Shown here: in pieces, positions 9,648 through 18,337 of the stretch | How positions within the stretch are numbered: the first letter of the stretch is position 1 | Layout of the letters: each line of letters begins with the position of its first letter | From: a virus | Lineage: Duplodnaviria; Caudoviricetes | DNA length: 61,897 bases | Strand: one strand, 5' to 3' | Virus record (IMG/VR): IMGVR_UViG_3300034236_000005 | Coordinates: 1 to 61,897 of that record | Made by a program: the position numbers and the translations under genes | The notes under the pieces: generated by a model | Told to the model about the DNA's origin: nothing | Seen by the model: the letters and a program-made list of their open reading frames with translations, nothing else | Databases searched by the model: none

Positions 9648-12008
9648 TTATTCTCCGTTTGGTGGAATGACGCCATCAGGCGCCATGGTTTCGATGCCGG
9701 CGGCGGCGCCGTCAGCCTGCTGCAATTCCGGAGGCGGTGCCATTTCCTGCTGCGGCGCCACGCCGGCCATCTGGTCGATCTGGCCGGCTGCTTCCTCGGC
9801 CTGACCCGGAATGCTCGGATCGTCGCCGCCCTGTTCCTCGTAGCCGGCGCCGGCCATGATGGCGTCGGCCACCGGCGTGACGTTCGGCACGGTGGACACG
9901 ATCTGACCGGCCTGCAATGCCTCGTAAGCGGCTTTTACGCCCTGCTCGATGGCCACGGCGACCAGGCGCTTGCTGTCGGCGCCGATGCGCTGTACTTCGG
10001 CCATGATCTTTTCGACGTTGGCCTGCGCGAGCTCCATATTGGCCTTGGCGGTGTCCAGGTTGATCTGCTCGAGCTCGGCGGCCTTGGCGTCGGCCTTGGC
10101 TTTCGCTTCCAGTTCTTCCGGCTTGAGCTTGCGGCTCGGGTCGACCTGGCCGTTCAGCTTGCGCACGCGCGCCACCAGTTCGTCTTTGTTCGGCACGTCG
10201 GCGAAGTCGATCACCATGTCGAGCAGCGCCAGTCCGACCTGCGGATCCAGCTTCGAGATCAGATCCATCAGCGATTCGAACATGGCCTGGCGGGTGGACG
10301 ACTTGAAATCCTGCTCGGACACGATGAAATCGGCCTTCGAACGGGTGATGTCATTCAGATATTTATTCTGTTCGGTGTCGAACTGGTTGATCTTGAGCCA
10401 TTCAATCGGCTTGTTCTCGCCCAGGATGCGCACCACGCGCGGCGCCGTGTAGAACTGCTCGATCAGCGACAGCTGGTTTTCAGTCTGCAGCTGCACGGCC
10501 AGCCGGCGGTTGTCGAACAGCACGGTGGTGACGATCGAGCCCTGGTCCTGCAGCTTGCCGATCGCCTGGCCGGACAGTCCCTTGTCATCCTTGCCCAAGT
10601 TCTGATCGGTCACGCCGCCGACGTCGCGGATCATCTGGCCGTCGAACATCATCAGCTTGATGTGCTGGTCGGCCAGCGCTTTGTCCTGGTCGATCACCAG
10701 TTCTCTGCCGTGCTTCTTGGTGATGATCGAATCCGGGCGCGATACTTCGCGGCGCAGTTCTTCGATGTCTTCGACAGCATCGTCGTCCATCACCACGCGC
10801 ACGGTCGACAGGATGAACAGCGCCTTCGATGCGCGCTTGTTGTAGTCGATCTGCGCGTCGCGGATATCGCGCACCACGCCATAGGGCAGCTGGTCGCGGT
10901 GGCGGCGATAGCCCCACATCGGGGTGAACGGGAAACGGTTGTGCCGGTACGGCGATGCACCGCTGTAGAGCAGCGTGCCTTCGGTCATGATTGCAACACG
11001 GACCTTCATCATGACGTGCTGCGCGATCGACAGGTAGCCATCCTGGTAGGCGGCCATCATGTCGGGGTTGGCGGCGTCGTATTCCTCGCCATTGAAGCGG
11101 GAAGCTTCCGGGCTGTCGGAGCGGCAGACCAGGCATGAAACCGGCTCCCGATACCACATTTCGATGATTTTGACGCGCTCGCGCCCGTTGTTGACGATCC
11201 CGCCCTGCATGCCGCGGCGAGACGTGGCCGAGTAGTCGCCCGTGCTGCCGGTGTTGACCTTGGCGCCCAAGTACCAAACGTCGTCTTCATCCATGCCGAC
11301 CTGGTTCGACTCGATCGCGGCGGCCCGCAGCACATCCTTGCGATCGGGGCACAGTGCCTCGGCCACGTCCAGGTCGAGAAACGACCAGCGCGCCACGTAG
11401 CGGGCGTCGGACAGGTCCATTTCGACAGCGTTGCTGTCGTGGTACATGTTGCGCCAGTTCACATACCGGCAATTCAGCAGTTCCTGCGTCGGATCCTTGG
11501 AAATTGAATCTTCCATCCAGCCCAGGCCCGCCACAATGGCCGACTTCCACCATTCCGAGCGCTTGAACGGCGTGTGGTTCACGTCCGACAGGTATTTCAG
11601 CAGCTTGGTTTTGGTTTCGGCGCCTTCTTCGTCGCTTTCCTCGCGCGGCAGCACCTTGCCGTCGACGCGCGTGCGGCGCTCCGTGCCCAGCAACCAGTTG
11701 ATCGTCGGCTTGACCTGGTTGTACACCAGCGGCGCCTGGCCGCGACTCATCAGTTCCTCGGCGTCCTCGTCGGACCACTGCAGGCCGTCATAGAAATCTT
11801 CATCGATCGCCATTTCCACGCGGTTCGGGCCTTGCTTGTCGCGCTCCTGCAAAAACCAGTTCATCAGCTTGGCGTGCAGGCGGCGCGATTTTTCGTCGTC
11901 CAGTTCGCTGCGCCGGCGCTTGGAGCGGTTCACTTTCGGCGCCACGCCGCCCAGCCGGTGCGGATCGTCGGTCGCGCGGTGGCTTTGTACATTCTCAATC
12001 TGGCCCAT
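9648..12008 (-). CDS. Portal protein
   Basis: 786 aa; DEDFYDGLQW, RGQAPLVYNQVKPTINW, PYGVVRDIRDAQ; P22-like portal pattern; downstream of TerL. Confidence 0.9.
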   Translation of the reverse strand: MGQIENVQSHRATDDPHRLGGVAPKVNRSKRRRSELDDEKSRRLHAKLMNWFLQERDKQGPNRVEMAIDEDFYDGLQWSDEDAEELMSRGQAPLVYNQVKPTINWLLGTERRTRVDGKVLPREESDEEGAETKTKLLKYLSDVNHTPFKRSEWWKSAIVAGLGWMEDSISKDPTQELLNCRYVNWRNMYHDSNAVEMDLSDARYVARWSFLDLDVAEALCPDRKDVLRAAAIESNQVGMDEDDVWYLGAKVNTGSTGDYSATSRRGMQGGIVNNGRERVKIIEMWYREPVSCLVCRSDSPEASRFNGEEYDAANPDMMAAYQDGYLSIAQHVMMKVRVAIMTEGTLLYSGASPYRHNRFPFTPMWGYRRHRDQLPYGVVRDIRDAQIDYNKRASKALFILSTVRVVMDDDAVEDIEELRREVSRPDSIITKKHGRELVIDQDKALADQHIKLMMFDGQMIRDVGGVTDQNLGKDDKGLSGQAIGKLQDQGSIVTTVLFDNRRLAVQLQTENQLSLIEQFYTAPRVVRILGENKPIEWLKINQFDTEQNKYLNDITRSKADFIVSEQDFKSSTRQAMFESLMDLISKLDPQVGLALLDMVIDFADVPNKDELVARVRKLNGQVDPSRKLKPEELEAKAKADAKAAELEQINLDTAKANMELAQANVEKIMAEVQRIGADSKRLVAVAIEQGVKAAYEALQAGQIVSTVPNVTPVADAIMAGAGYEEQGGDDPSIPGQAEEAAGQIDQMAGVAPQQEMAPPPELQQADGAAAGIETMAPDGVIPPNGE

Positions 12009-12271
12009 TACAGTAGCTCCCTCAGTTCAGCAATATGTGCGGCAATGCTTTCGCGCCCCATGTGGATCAGTGAGCGCGCTTCTTCGATATCGCCGTCGCG
12101 CAGCGCGCGGTCGACGTCGGCAAGTGAGTCGTCAGCATCGTCAAGGGATTGATACAGGGCGACCAGCTTGGTGTCGCCGTTGGGCGTGTCGGTGCGGCGC
12201 AGGTAGCGCGCGGTGCGCTCGCGGTCGAGCCAGGCCGCCAGTTTCGCCAGTAGCCGGTCGCGCAGGAGCAT
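12008..12271 (-). CDS. Hypothetical protein (87 aa)
   Basis: ATG coupled to the upstream stop (TGATG) and stop coupled to the portal ATG. Confidence 0.6.
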   Translation of the reverse strand: MLLRDRLLAKLAAWLDRERTARYLRRTDTPNGDTKLVALYQSLDDADDSLADVDRALRDGDIEEARSLIHMGRESIAAHIAELRELL

Positions 12272-12744
12272 CAGATTACCTTCTCGATGATGGTTTTCCC
12301 GTCCATCGTGACCTTCAGTTCGTCGCCCTGCACCACTGGCTGATTGGCTAGCTCGAGCGCGCGCGGTTCCGGCGGCATGCGCAGCAGGTCGGCCAGGCCG
12401 TTCAGGATGACGTCGATCAGGCGATGCACGGTCGCCTTGTCGTGTTCGCTGTTCAGGGCGCGTGCCGCGTCGTGGCATAGCTCCTGCATCAGTTCCTTGG
12501 TCGCGGTACCGTTCGACATGGCGAAGCGGTGCGCATCCTTCATTTCGACCATGTATGCTTTGGTGTTCGCGCCCAGCACGTTCTTGTAGAGCAGCATGAC
12601 GGGCTCGCCGTCGACCCACTTAAATTCGCTGATGATGTCGCCGGTCACGCGCTGGTCGTACACATCGCCGCCCAGCATCACCATTTTGTGGCCGGTGGCG
12701 TGAACAATGGTTGACTTCTTGATAGCGTTATCGTGTGCGCTCAT
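12271..12744 (-). CDS. Hypothetical protein between terL and portal
   Basis: 157 aa; protein-like composition; start codon uncertain. Confidence 0.65.
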   Translation of the reverse strand: MSAHDNAIKKSTIVHATGHKMVMLGGDVYDQRVTGDIISEFKWVDGEPVMLLYKNVLGANTKAYMVEMKDAHRFAMSNGTATKELMQELCHDAARALNSEHDKATVHRLIDVILNGLADLLRMPPEPRALELANQPVVQGDELKVTMDGKTIIEKVI

Positions 12745-12788
12745 GGGCCGGGGATCCGTAGAAAATTGACTTGGGGGAATGATTCGCA

Positions 12789-12817
12789 AGTATGCGGTAC
12801 ATTTTTCCTATATACAA
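12789..12817 (-). promoter_or_regulatory. Putative sigma70 promoter TTGTAT-17-CATACT
   Basis: AT-rich intergenic gap after terL with near-consensus spacing. Confidence 0.4.
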
Positions 12818-12845
12818 CTGTTCTTTGGCAATGGATTGGTATCCA

Positions 12846-14381
12846 CTAGACAACTTTCCATCCGCCGCGCTTGACGGTCTTTCTGGCGTTCTGCGGCAGC
12901 GCCTTGCTCGGGTGGTATCCCTGGCCGAACGTCCGGAACGCATCCGAGCCGTTCGATGCCCAATTGTGATAGGGCACGTTGGTGAACTGGCCCATGGCCT
13001 TGTTCCAGGTGCGCACGTAGGAATCGAGCGCGGCGATGCCTTTCTCGCACTTGGCCTTGTCCATCCAGCAGGTCGGGAAGCGCTCCATGGTCAGTTCGAT
13101 GCCGTTGTTCACGTCCGACACGCGCGGCACGACTTCGAACTTGTGCGACTTCAGCAACCGTTCCAGGATCTCGAGCCGGGTTTCTGCCTGCTCGGCCTGC
13201 ATGCGGCTGTTCGCATCATGCGGCAGGAAATGGGTGCCGAACGTGTAGCCGGTGCTGATCATGTAGTCGACGAAGTGTTTCAGCCCCTCGCCGCGGGCCT
13301 CGTAGTATTCAATGAACAGATTCTGCAGGCCGTTGCGCTGGTGGAACCAGATTGTGGTTTCGTTGTTGGTCGATACGCCGAAGTCCCAAAACGTGTTGAC
13401 CGGCAGCGCTGGGTCCCATGGGATCGATCCGATCCGGCGGTTCTCGCGCAGCCACAGCATCTGTTTCTCGTAGTAAGCGCCCTGCAGCGACGCCTGGAAC
13501 GCCTCGTCCGGATAGGACGGGTTCTCGCGGTGCATGTCGCCCTTGAGCGTCTTGCTCTCGTTGACGTACCAGGCTTTCTGCTCGCGGTCCAGGTAGATGC
13601 CACGCTCGGCGGCCAGCTTGTCAAAGTACAGATCCATGTTGTCGGGGATGGCAACAGTGTCCGGATCCAGCCGGTTCGTCTTTTTCTGCCACCAGGCGAA
13701 GAAATGCAGCTTGAAGGCGCGCATGGACAGCAGCTGCCCGGTGCGCTGGGCCTCCTGCGCCTCTTTCACGTAGTCGAAAAAATAACCGCCCTGGCCTTCG
13801 GCGGTCGACTCGACGAACAGCGGGTTGCCGACCGCCAGCGCCGGGAATGCGCCGGTCACGACTTCCTTGGCCCGCTCGGGCGCCTTGGCGCAAATCTTCC
13901 CGAACTCGGATACCCACAGGAACGTCAGCGTGTCCGATCGCATCGACATTCCGACCTGCAGCGACGAACCGTTTCCAAGAGTGATCTCGGTCTTGCTGAT
14001 CGATTCCAGGCCGATGCGGTCGCGCAGATCCTGCGGCAAGTCCATGTAGACCTTGCGGATTTTGTTTTTGAACAGCTTGAGAACGTCGTCTTCGGTCTGC
14101 GCGATGATGCCAGCCCGGGTGTTCGGCACGAATAGGCACTGGTCGAGCGCGAAAATGCCGATCGCCGTTGAGAATCCCATCTGCCGGGCCTTCAGGATGC
14201 AATTCCAGTACCACATGTTTTCAAACAGTTCTTCCTGTTCCTCGTTCATGCGGAACGGGATTTTCTTGCCGGCGTCGTCGGTGATGCTATAGAGCGTATT
14301 TATGCGGAATTTTGCGTCAGAGAACTGCTCAATGGTAGCTCCGTAAGTTTCCAGCAGTTGCTTGTCGATTTCGATAGCCAT
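12846..14381 (-). CDS. terL: Terminase large subunit
   Basis: 511 aa from the ATG at 14381 (TGATG coupling); Walker A ILKARQMGFST, Walker B LWVSEFG, ESTAEG, nuclease WDFG, LPHD and HNWASNGSDAFR. Confidence 0.92.
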   Translation of the reverse strand: MAIEIDKQLLETYGATIEQFSDAKFRINTLYSITDDAGKKIPFRMNEEQEELFENMWYWNCILKARQMGFSTAIGIFALDQCLFVPNTRAGIIAQTEDDVLKLFKNKIRKVYMDLPQDLRDRIGLESISKTEITLGNGSSLQVGMSMRSDTLTFLWVSEFGKICAKAPERAKEVVTGAFPALAVGNPLFVESTAEGQGGYFFDYVKEAQEAQRTGQLLSMRAFKLHFFAWWQKKTNRLDPDTVAIPDNMDLYFDKLAAERGIYLDREQKAWYVNESKTLKGDMHRENPSYPDEAFQASLQGAYYEKQMLWLRENRRIGSIPWDPALPVNTFWDFGVSTNNETTIWFHQRNGLQNLFIEYYEARGEGLKHFVDYMISTGYTFGTHFLPHDANSRMQAEQAETRLEILERLLKSHKFEVVPRVSDVNNGIELTMERFPTCWMDKAKCEKGIAALDSYVRTWNKAMGQFTNVPYHNWASNGSDAFRTFGQGYHPSKALPQNARKTVKRGGWKVV

Positions 14382-14995
14382 CAAGCACCCTTGCGGCCAT
14401 ATGGGCGCAGTGGAGCGAATAGATCGGCGCCAGTGATGCCGCGCGCAACACGCGCATCTAGCGTTGTACGACCAATACCTTTTTCCCTGGCCCACTCGAT
14501 CACTGGCTTGGTAATGCCGTCGACGGTCAGCATGTTGTTACTGCGTCTGTTTTGCGCCTGCTCGGTCTTGGTCGACCACTTGACGTTACCAGGAACATAG
14601 CCAATGTCGTTTTTAATCCGGTCGATGCTATGCGCCGGCGTGGGGCGCGGCCCGACTTCGGCGTAAAATTCTGTGAACGAATGGCGCCACGCATGGCAAA
14701 CGGTAATCCCCCTAGCCGAATAGTCTTTTGCCCCGATAAAATTGGGATTGGTGGCGCGGGTGATCATTGCTTGCCAGGCGGTATATTCAGGCGTCCCGGT
14801 CATGCCGTGTTGCTCGGGAATCTTCACCCGGTTATTGAAGCAGCCGCAACTGGTGGTTTTTCCAGCCTTCACATTTCCGGCGTCTGCCTCATGCTCTTTG
14901 CCGCAATCGCAGCGCAACTTCCATGCTCGTCCCTTGACCCGCGCGACAAAAACAAGCATCCCGAAACGCTGACCAGTCAGATCGATAAATTTCAT
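14381..14995 (-). CDS. Free-standing HNH-type homing endonuclease between terS and terL
   Basis: IDLTGQRFG...CDCG...SCGC N-terminus, RGITVC..W..SF, HSIDRIKNDIGYVPGNVKW. Confidence 0.85.
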   Translation of the reverse strand: MKFIDLTGQRFGMLVFVARVKGRAWKLRCDCGKEHEADAGNVKAGKTTSCGCFNNRVKIPEQHGMTGTPEYTAWQAMITRATNPNFIGAKDYSARGITVCHAWRHSFTEFYAEVGPRPTPAHSIDRIKNDIGYVPGNVKWSTKTEQAQNRRSNNMLTVDGITKPVIEWAREKGIGRTTLDARVARGITGADLFAPLRPYGRKGA

Positions 14996-14999
14996 CACG

Positions 15000-15033
15000 C
15001 ACTCCACTAAATGATAGTGTAGTGATTGTATCA
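15000..15033 (-). promoter_or_regulatory. Extended -10 (TGATACAAT) plus RBS-occluding hairpin of the HNH gene
   Basis: CACTACACTA/TAGTGGAGTG stem covers the GGAG Shine-Dalgarno. Confidence 0.5.
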
Positions 15034-15054
15034 CTCCAAATGTTCTGAAATTCA

Positions 15055-15837
15055 TCATCCCTTTGACTCTTGCGGCTTGATCGGCAGCCTGCCAGCCTTG
15101 TCTTGCACTGCCTGCAGGAAGTCGCCCAGCGCGTCAGTTTTCTGCTGGTTGTCGATCTTGTACAGCCCCAGGTGCTTGAACAGCTTTTCCATGGCGGCCA
15201 GCTTGTCGACCAGTAGCATCTGGTGCCCGTCCTTGGTCTGCTTGACGCCGGCGTACAGCGCTCGAGCAGCTGGGGACAGATTGCGGGTGTCCTTGAAGTA
15301 GGTCGAGCCGATGCCGTCGCCGAAACACTCCATGCAGTCGGGGTTCGGTGGCTTGCGGGCGTCGTAGCCGATGCCGCCCTGCTCGTCGAATTCTTCGTAC
15401 GTGTCCGGGTCGAAGTCGGCTTTCTTCATGGCCTTGGTACGCTTAACCAGGTAGTCGGCCTGCGCCTTGTTGAACTCGGCCATGGTGCGCTGGCGTTCGA
15501 AGCGATCGCCATAGCAATGCCGGCAGCAGGTCCGGCGAAACTCCACCAGATCGTTGACGTCGGCGGTGGCGATGCCCCAAGCCTCCTGAAGCACGCGGGC
15601 GCCGCTGATGGTGCTGCGTTCCTCGATGCGCTGCATCAGGCGCTGGATCTCGGCCTGCACCAGCGGGTGTTCCAGGCAAAGGGTAGCGTTGTTGGCCGCA
15701 CTCTTGAGCGCGTAGCCGGCCCGGATGGCGGCGTTCTTGCCGTTGAAATCAAGCGTGTATTCGCGCGCGAAAGCACGCTGCCGGTCCGTCATCGAACCGA
15801 CATCGTGCTTGGTTTCCGGTTTTACTGCCTTACCCAT
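15055..15837 (-). CDS. terS: Terminase small subunit with Cys-rich insertion
   Basis: TDRQRAFAREYTLDFNGKNAAIRAGY HTH; CCRHC...CMECFG; DKLAAMEKLFKHLGLY. Confidence 0.85.
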   Translation of the reverse strand: MGKAVKPETKHDVGSMTDRQRAFAREYTLDFNGKNAAIRAGYALKSAANNATLCLEHPLVQAEIQRLMQRIEERSTISGARVLQEAWGIATADVNDLVEFRRTCCRHCYGDRFERQRTMAEFNKAQADYLVKRTKAMKKADFDPDTYEEFDEQGGIGYDARKPPNPDCMECFGDGIGSTYFKDTRNLSPAARALYAGVKQTKDGHQMLLVDKLAAMEKLFKHLGLYKIDNQQKTDALGDFLQAVQDKAGRLPIKPQESKG

Positions 15838-15838
15838 G

Positions 15839-16366
15839 TCAGTCTGGCGTGGGATCGGTAGTGCAGGCGGTGCGCAATCGCTCGTAGGCGTCGACTACGG
15901 CGGCGTGCTTGCGGATCCCTTCGTCGCCGCGGTCGGCGAGAATGACCAGGAATTCAGAAGCGTCTGCCGTAAGTTCGGCGTGTCCTTCTTCGCCAGCTGC
16001 GCCGGCAGCGGGTCCACCTTCAGGCGCTGCGGCGTCACCACGCGGACGGATGGGGATCCGCAGGCGGATAACATCGCGCTGCAGACCAGAAATAATGCGA
16101 GCCGTTTCGATTTTTGCATCTGCTTCACCTTGAATAAAATAGTCGAAATTGTGCCGGTCGATGGCGCGTAGGGCGCGCTCCTGGTCCAGCACTGCCTTGT
16201 CTTCCTTCGCCAGCTTGGCCAGCGCGGTCGCGGTGCGGCCCTGCTCGGCCACCAGCGCCGCTGCAGTGGCGTGCTTGTCGCCCAGGTGGTAGCCATAAAA
16301 GCCAATGGCCAGCATCATCAAGATGCTGACCAGCGCTGAAATCAGCCTTGCCTGCAGGGTGGTCAT
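15839..16366 (-). CDS. Rz-like inner-membrane spanin
   Basis: 175 aa; N-terminal TM helix then coiled-coil; RLRIP motif; follows the endolysin. Confidence 0.8.
   Translation of the reverse strand: MTTLQARLISALVSILMMLAIGFYGYHLGDKHATAAALVAEQGRTATALAKLAKEDKAVLDQERALRAIDRHNFDYFIQGEADAKIETARIISGLQRDVIRLRIPIRPRGDAAAPEGGPAAGAAGEEGHAELTADASEFLVILADRGDEGIRKHAAVVDAYERLRTACTTDPTPD
15895..16119 (-). CDS. Rz1-like outer-membrane lipoprotein spanin, nested in the +1 frame of Rz
   Basis: MQKSKRLALFLVCSAMLSAC signal with lipobox LSAC; Pro-rich mature part. Confidence 0.8.
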   Translation of the reverse strand: MQKSKRLALFLVCSAMLSACGSPSVRVVTPQRLKVDPLPAQLAKKDTPNLRQTLLNSWSFSPTAATKGSASTPP

Positions 16367-16472
16367 GGCGTCGGCTGTCCAGGTGCGAACGCCTTGATGG
16401 TCTGCCGATCGCGGTAGTCGCGTCCGATCTGCTGGCAGGCGTAGAAAATGGCGACGCAAATAATCTTGTGTT

Positions 16473-17123
16473 TCATGGTTTTGGCACTCCTTGCGGGCAC
16501 ATGACGCGGCCCATCGTGTTGTACTTCGGTTGATGTTTGAACAATATCTTGTGCGGATACGTTCGGCTGTATTCGAAATTCGTGGCCGACTGGCGCGTGG
16601 GGATGAACTCGGTCACGCCGAACCAGGTGGTGGGATCGGGTGACTTGGATTGCGCCTGTCGCACGTAGCCGGGGCCGGCGTTGTAGCCCTTCAGCGCCGC
16701 CGCCCAGCGCTGGCATGCGTCCTTACCCTGCACGCGCTTGTAGATCCAGGCGTCATACCTGACCAGGGCCCGCATCGACCAGCGCGGATCGTACGGCGCC
16801 GGCGGACCGAGTTCGGGGAACAGTCCGGATACCTGCGCGGTGGTGCCGTCCATGAACTGCGCCAAGCCGCGGCCATTGTCCCAAGCCGTCACGTTCGCGC
16901 GCCAGCTGGATTCCTGTGCGATCTGGCCGGCGAACATGGGGACCGGGGCATCCGGGCCGTGAACGGCTTGCGCCTCACGAATCAGGGTTGCTCGGTACGG
17001 CGTCGACGGATCCGGCCCGGCCAGCACCGGCACTGCGAGCAGTAGCGCCACCAGGCAGAAGAAGCTGGCCAGCATCAGGCCGATCGACAGCTTTCTGGCG
17101 AACAGCTGATAGGAAGTCATCAC
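16473..17123 (-). CDS. Endolysin, lytic transglycosylase (SLT) family, with N-terminal signal/SAR-like segment
   Basis: QIAQESSW, GLAQFMDGT, ALKGYNAGPG motifs. Confidence 0.88.
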   Translation of the reverse strand: MMTSYQLFARKLSIGLMLASFFCLVALLLAVPVLAGPDPSTPYRATLIREAQAVHGPDAPVPMFAGQIAQESSWRANVTAWDNGRGLAQFMDGTTAQVSGLFPELGPPAPYDPRWSMRALVRYDAWIYKRVQGKDACQRWAAALKGYNAGPGYVRQAQSKSPDPTTWFGVTEFIPTRQSATNFEYSRTYPHKILFKHQPKYNTMGRVMCPQGVPKP

Positions 17124-17413
17124 AGCGCGAGCCCGAAAGCGATCATGGCGCCCACCATGATGACGGCGCGGCGCATGTGCTTGGTGACGTGGCTATGCGG
17201 CTCGATCCGATCGCCGAAGCTGTTGCGGTCGATCCAGTAGCCGATGTAGGCGGCCAGGTTCAGGTGCCCGCACTTCCACAGGATGGTCTGCACGCGCGGC
17301 CACAGCCCGGAATCGCCGTACGCCAGCATCTCGGCCATGCCGGCGGCGATCGCATAGGCGAGCAAGGAAAGTAGCAACCATTGCACCATACGGGTCTTGT
17401 TTCGGAAGTTCAT
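17120..17413 (-). CDS. Putative holin
   Basis: 97 aa with 2-3 TM segments; GYWIDRNSF, RRAVIMVGAMIAFGLAL; immediately upstream of the endolysin. Confidence 0.75.
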   Translation of the reverse strand: MNFRNKTRMVQWLLLSLLAYAIAAGMAEMLAYGDSGLWPRVQTILWKCGHLNLAAYIGYWIDRNSFGDRIEPHSHVTKHMRRAVIMVGAMIAFGLAL

Positions 17414-17421
17414 ATACGCCT

Positions 17422-17742
17422 TTACTTGGATCCTGGCCAGTTCCAGCCGGCCATTTTTGCGATAAAAATCGCTGCAGCACCAATAGCGGCGATCACTTTT
17501 GCGATCGTCGCCAGGTATTCCAGCACCTTGAACCCGCCCTTCATCGCGGTAAATACCTCGACCATTTCGGCGGTCTTGTCATACAACTCGTTGGTCTTTT
17601 TCGTGTTCGCCTCGAGCGCCAATTCCATCGACCGCATGCGCTGCTCGCCCTCGTGAAATGAGGCATTGACGCCGGTCTGAAACCGCACATCGTTGGCATC
17701 GATCGCCGCTCGTTTTGTTTCGGTCGGGGAAAGTGTTTGCAT
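17422..17742 (-). CDS. Coiled-coil membrane protein (holin/antiholin-like), first late gene
   Basis: 106 aa; coiled-coil followed by a C-terminal TM helix. Confidence 0.6.
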   Translation of the reverse strand: MQTLSPTETKRAAIDANDVRFQTGVNASFHEGEQRMRSMELALEANTKKTNELYDKTAEMVEVFTAMKGGFKVLEYLATIAKVIAAIGAAAIFIAKMAGWNWPGSK

Positions 17743-17783
17743 AAGATGGTCGGTTAAGTGGTCGACAAGGGTGGCGAAGATAC

Positions 17784-17807
17784 AAAAAAAGCTCGGTTTC
17801 CCGAGCT
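17784..17807 (-). terminator. Intrinsic terminator just downstream of the late promoter (tR'-like)
   Basis: AGCTCGG-GAAA-CCGAGCT followed by a T run. Confidence 0.85.
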
Positions 17808-17834
17808 AACTTTGTTTCCGCGAGGAATATACGC

Positions 17835-17863
17835 ACTGTAGGTTGATCCCTGTTTATTGTCAA
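17835..17863 (-). promoter_or_regulatory. sigma70 late promoter TTGACA-17-TACAGT (pR'-like)
   Basis: Perfect -35 with 17-nt spacer, upstream of the lysis/packaging operon. Confidence 0.75.
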
Positions 17864-17907
17864 CGTTCAATAATGCGTGTGGGCATTTTAATGACTTTGC
17901 GCAACCT

Positions 17908-18129
17908 TTATGCGAGTTTCTTTGTCCGTTTTACCGGATTATCGGTAATCAGCTGCTGTTTCAGCTGCGATCGCGCTTCGACCGTGCCCTGGCGCCACAG
18001 CTTGTAAAGACTGCTGCGATACATAGTTGATACGGCGATCTGCTCGCGCAGCGCGGCCTGGTGCGGCGAAACGCCGGCCAGTACCAGGTGCATCGCCCTG
18101 ATCATGTTGACGGATGGTCTACCTGACAT
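17908..18129 (-). CDS. Small HTH-like protein
   Basis: 73 aa; LAGVSPHQAALREQIAVSTMYR resembles a helix-turn-helix. Confidence 0.6.
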   Translation of the reverse strand: MSGRPSVNMIRAMHLVLAGVSPHQAALREQIAVSTMYRSSLYKLWRQGTVEARSQLKQQLITDNPVKRTKKLA

Positions 18130-18337
18130 TGATCGCCTCCCCTGGTTGGCCGGGCCCGTCGTCGGTCGGGGCGCAGACCGGGCACGGCCTGTTGCTGATC
18201 TTGCCGGTGCCCTTGCAATCGCCGCATGCCTCCGGGTGCGCCAGCTTGCCGAACGCCAGGTCATAGTTGTCACGGAACGCCTTGCGCGAGATCGCCATCG
18301 GGCGGGCGCCGTCGCCCTTGCCTGCTTCACTGGCCAT
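18119..18337 (-). CDS. Small Zn-finger protein
   Basis: CGDCKGTG...CPVC (DnaJ-like CxxCxGxG). Confidence 0.55.
   Translation of the reverse strand: MASEAGKGDGARPMAISRKAFRDNYDLAFGKLAHPEACGDCKGTGKISNRPCPVCAPTDDGPGQPGEAINVR

Noticed and set aside
12846-14495. TerL starting at 14495
   Set aside because: The extension overlaps the HNH C-terminus; ATG 14381 is coupled to the HNH stop
15895-16119. Rz1 nested within Rz as a novelty
   Set aside because: Well-known lambdoid spanin arrangement; listed as a feature only
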